The notes below the pieces were generated by a model that was not told the origin of the DNA, searched no databases, and was given only the letters and a program-made list of their open reading frames with translations. The translations under genes and the position numbers were made by a program. From Macrostomum hystrix (taxonomy: Eukaryota > Animalia > Platyhelminthes), in contig CATNEN010000001.1 in the NCBI GenBank assembly GCA_950097015.1, positions 12,276,001-12,340,000 of the forward strand: 64,000 nt of DNA, read 5' to 3'. Positions 63,834 through 64,000 of this stretch are shown in pieces (position 1 is the stretch's first letter; each line of letters starts with the position of its first letter).

Positions 63834-64000
63834 CTGCGAATGAGTAAAAATAGAATTACGAAGTAAGGAAATAATCAAGAATCTGGAAAGAAATTAGCTC
63901 TAGGGGAGAAAGAAATTTTGCGGCTCCTATAAATTAATTGCATCTATTTCATAAAAGCCATAATTGCAGTAAATTAACAATGTGGCTGTCGATGCCATAG

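Overview
Eukaryotic (metazoan) genomic DNA with spliceosomal GT-AG introns. The minisatellite-filled introns, polyQ-rich genes and TE content would fit a free-living flatworm such as Macrostomum; this is inference only. The left third holds host genes: a two-exon TIS11/ZFP36-like tandem CCCH zinc-finger gene (-, 5006..2781) and a complete 8-exon beta-ureidopropionase gene (UPB1, +, 8192..21527, 387 aa). Five of the seven UPB1 introns carry tandem arrays, and the introns also hold an LTR-less BEL/Pao gag-pol fragment and a solo LTR. A 31-bp satellite with higher-order structure follows. The remaining ~39 kb is a nested transposon cluster: mariner remnants, an internally deleted Gypsy, two hAT transposases, a Mutator-type MITE, a P/THAP transposase fragment, three pieces of a long-LTR (2.2 kb) retrotransposon family, a young full-length 9-kb Gypsy (4-bp TSD, -1 frameshift site, Cys-repeat insert in Pol, extra ORF3) and a Helitron Rep fragment. 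The main unexplained items are a ~550-codon orphan ORF upstream of a hAT transposase, a small RGG-CCHC-polyQ gene, 2-nt-bulged tRNA-Leu-like primer sites in two LTR families, and a 47-bp templated insertion. All coordinates and comparisons were made by eye; no searches were run.
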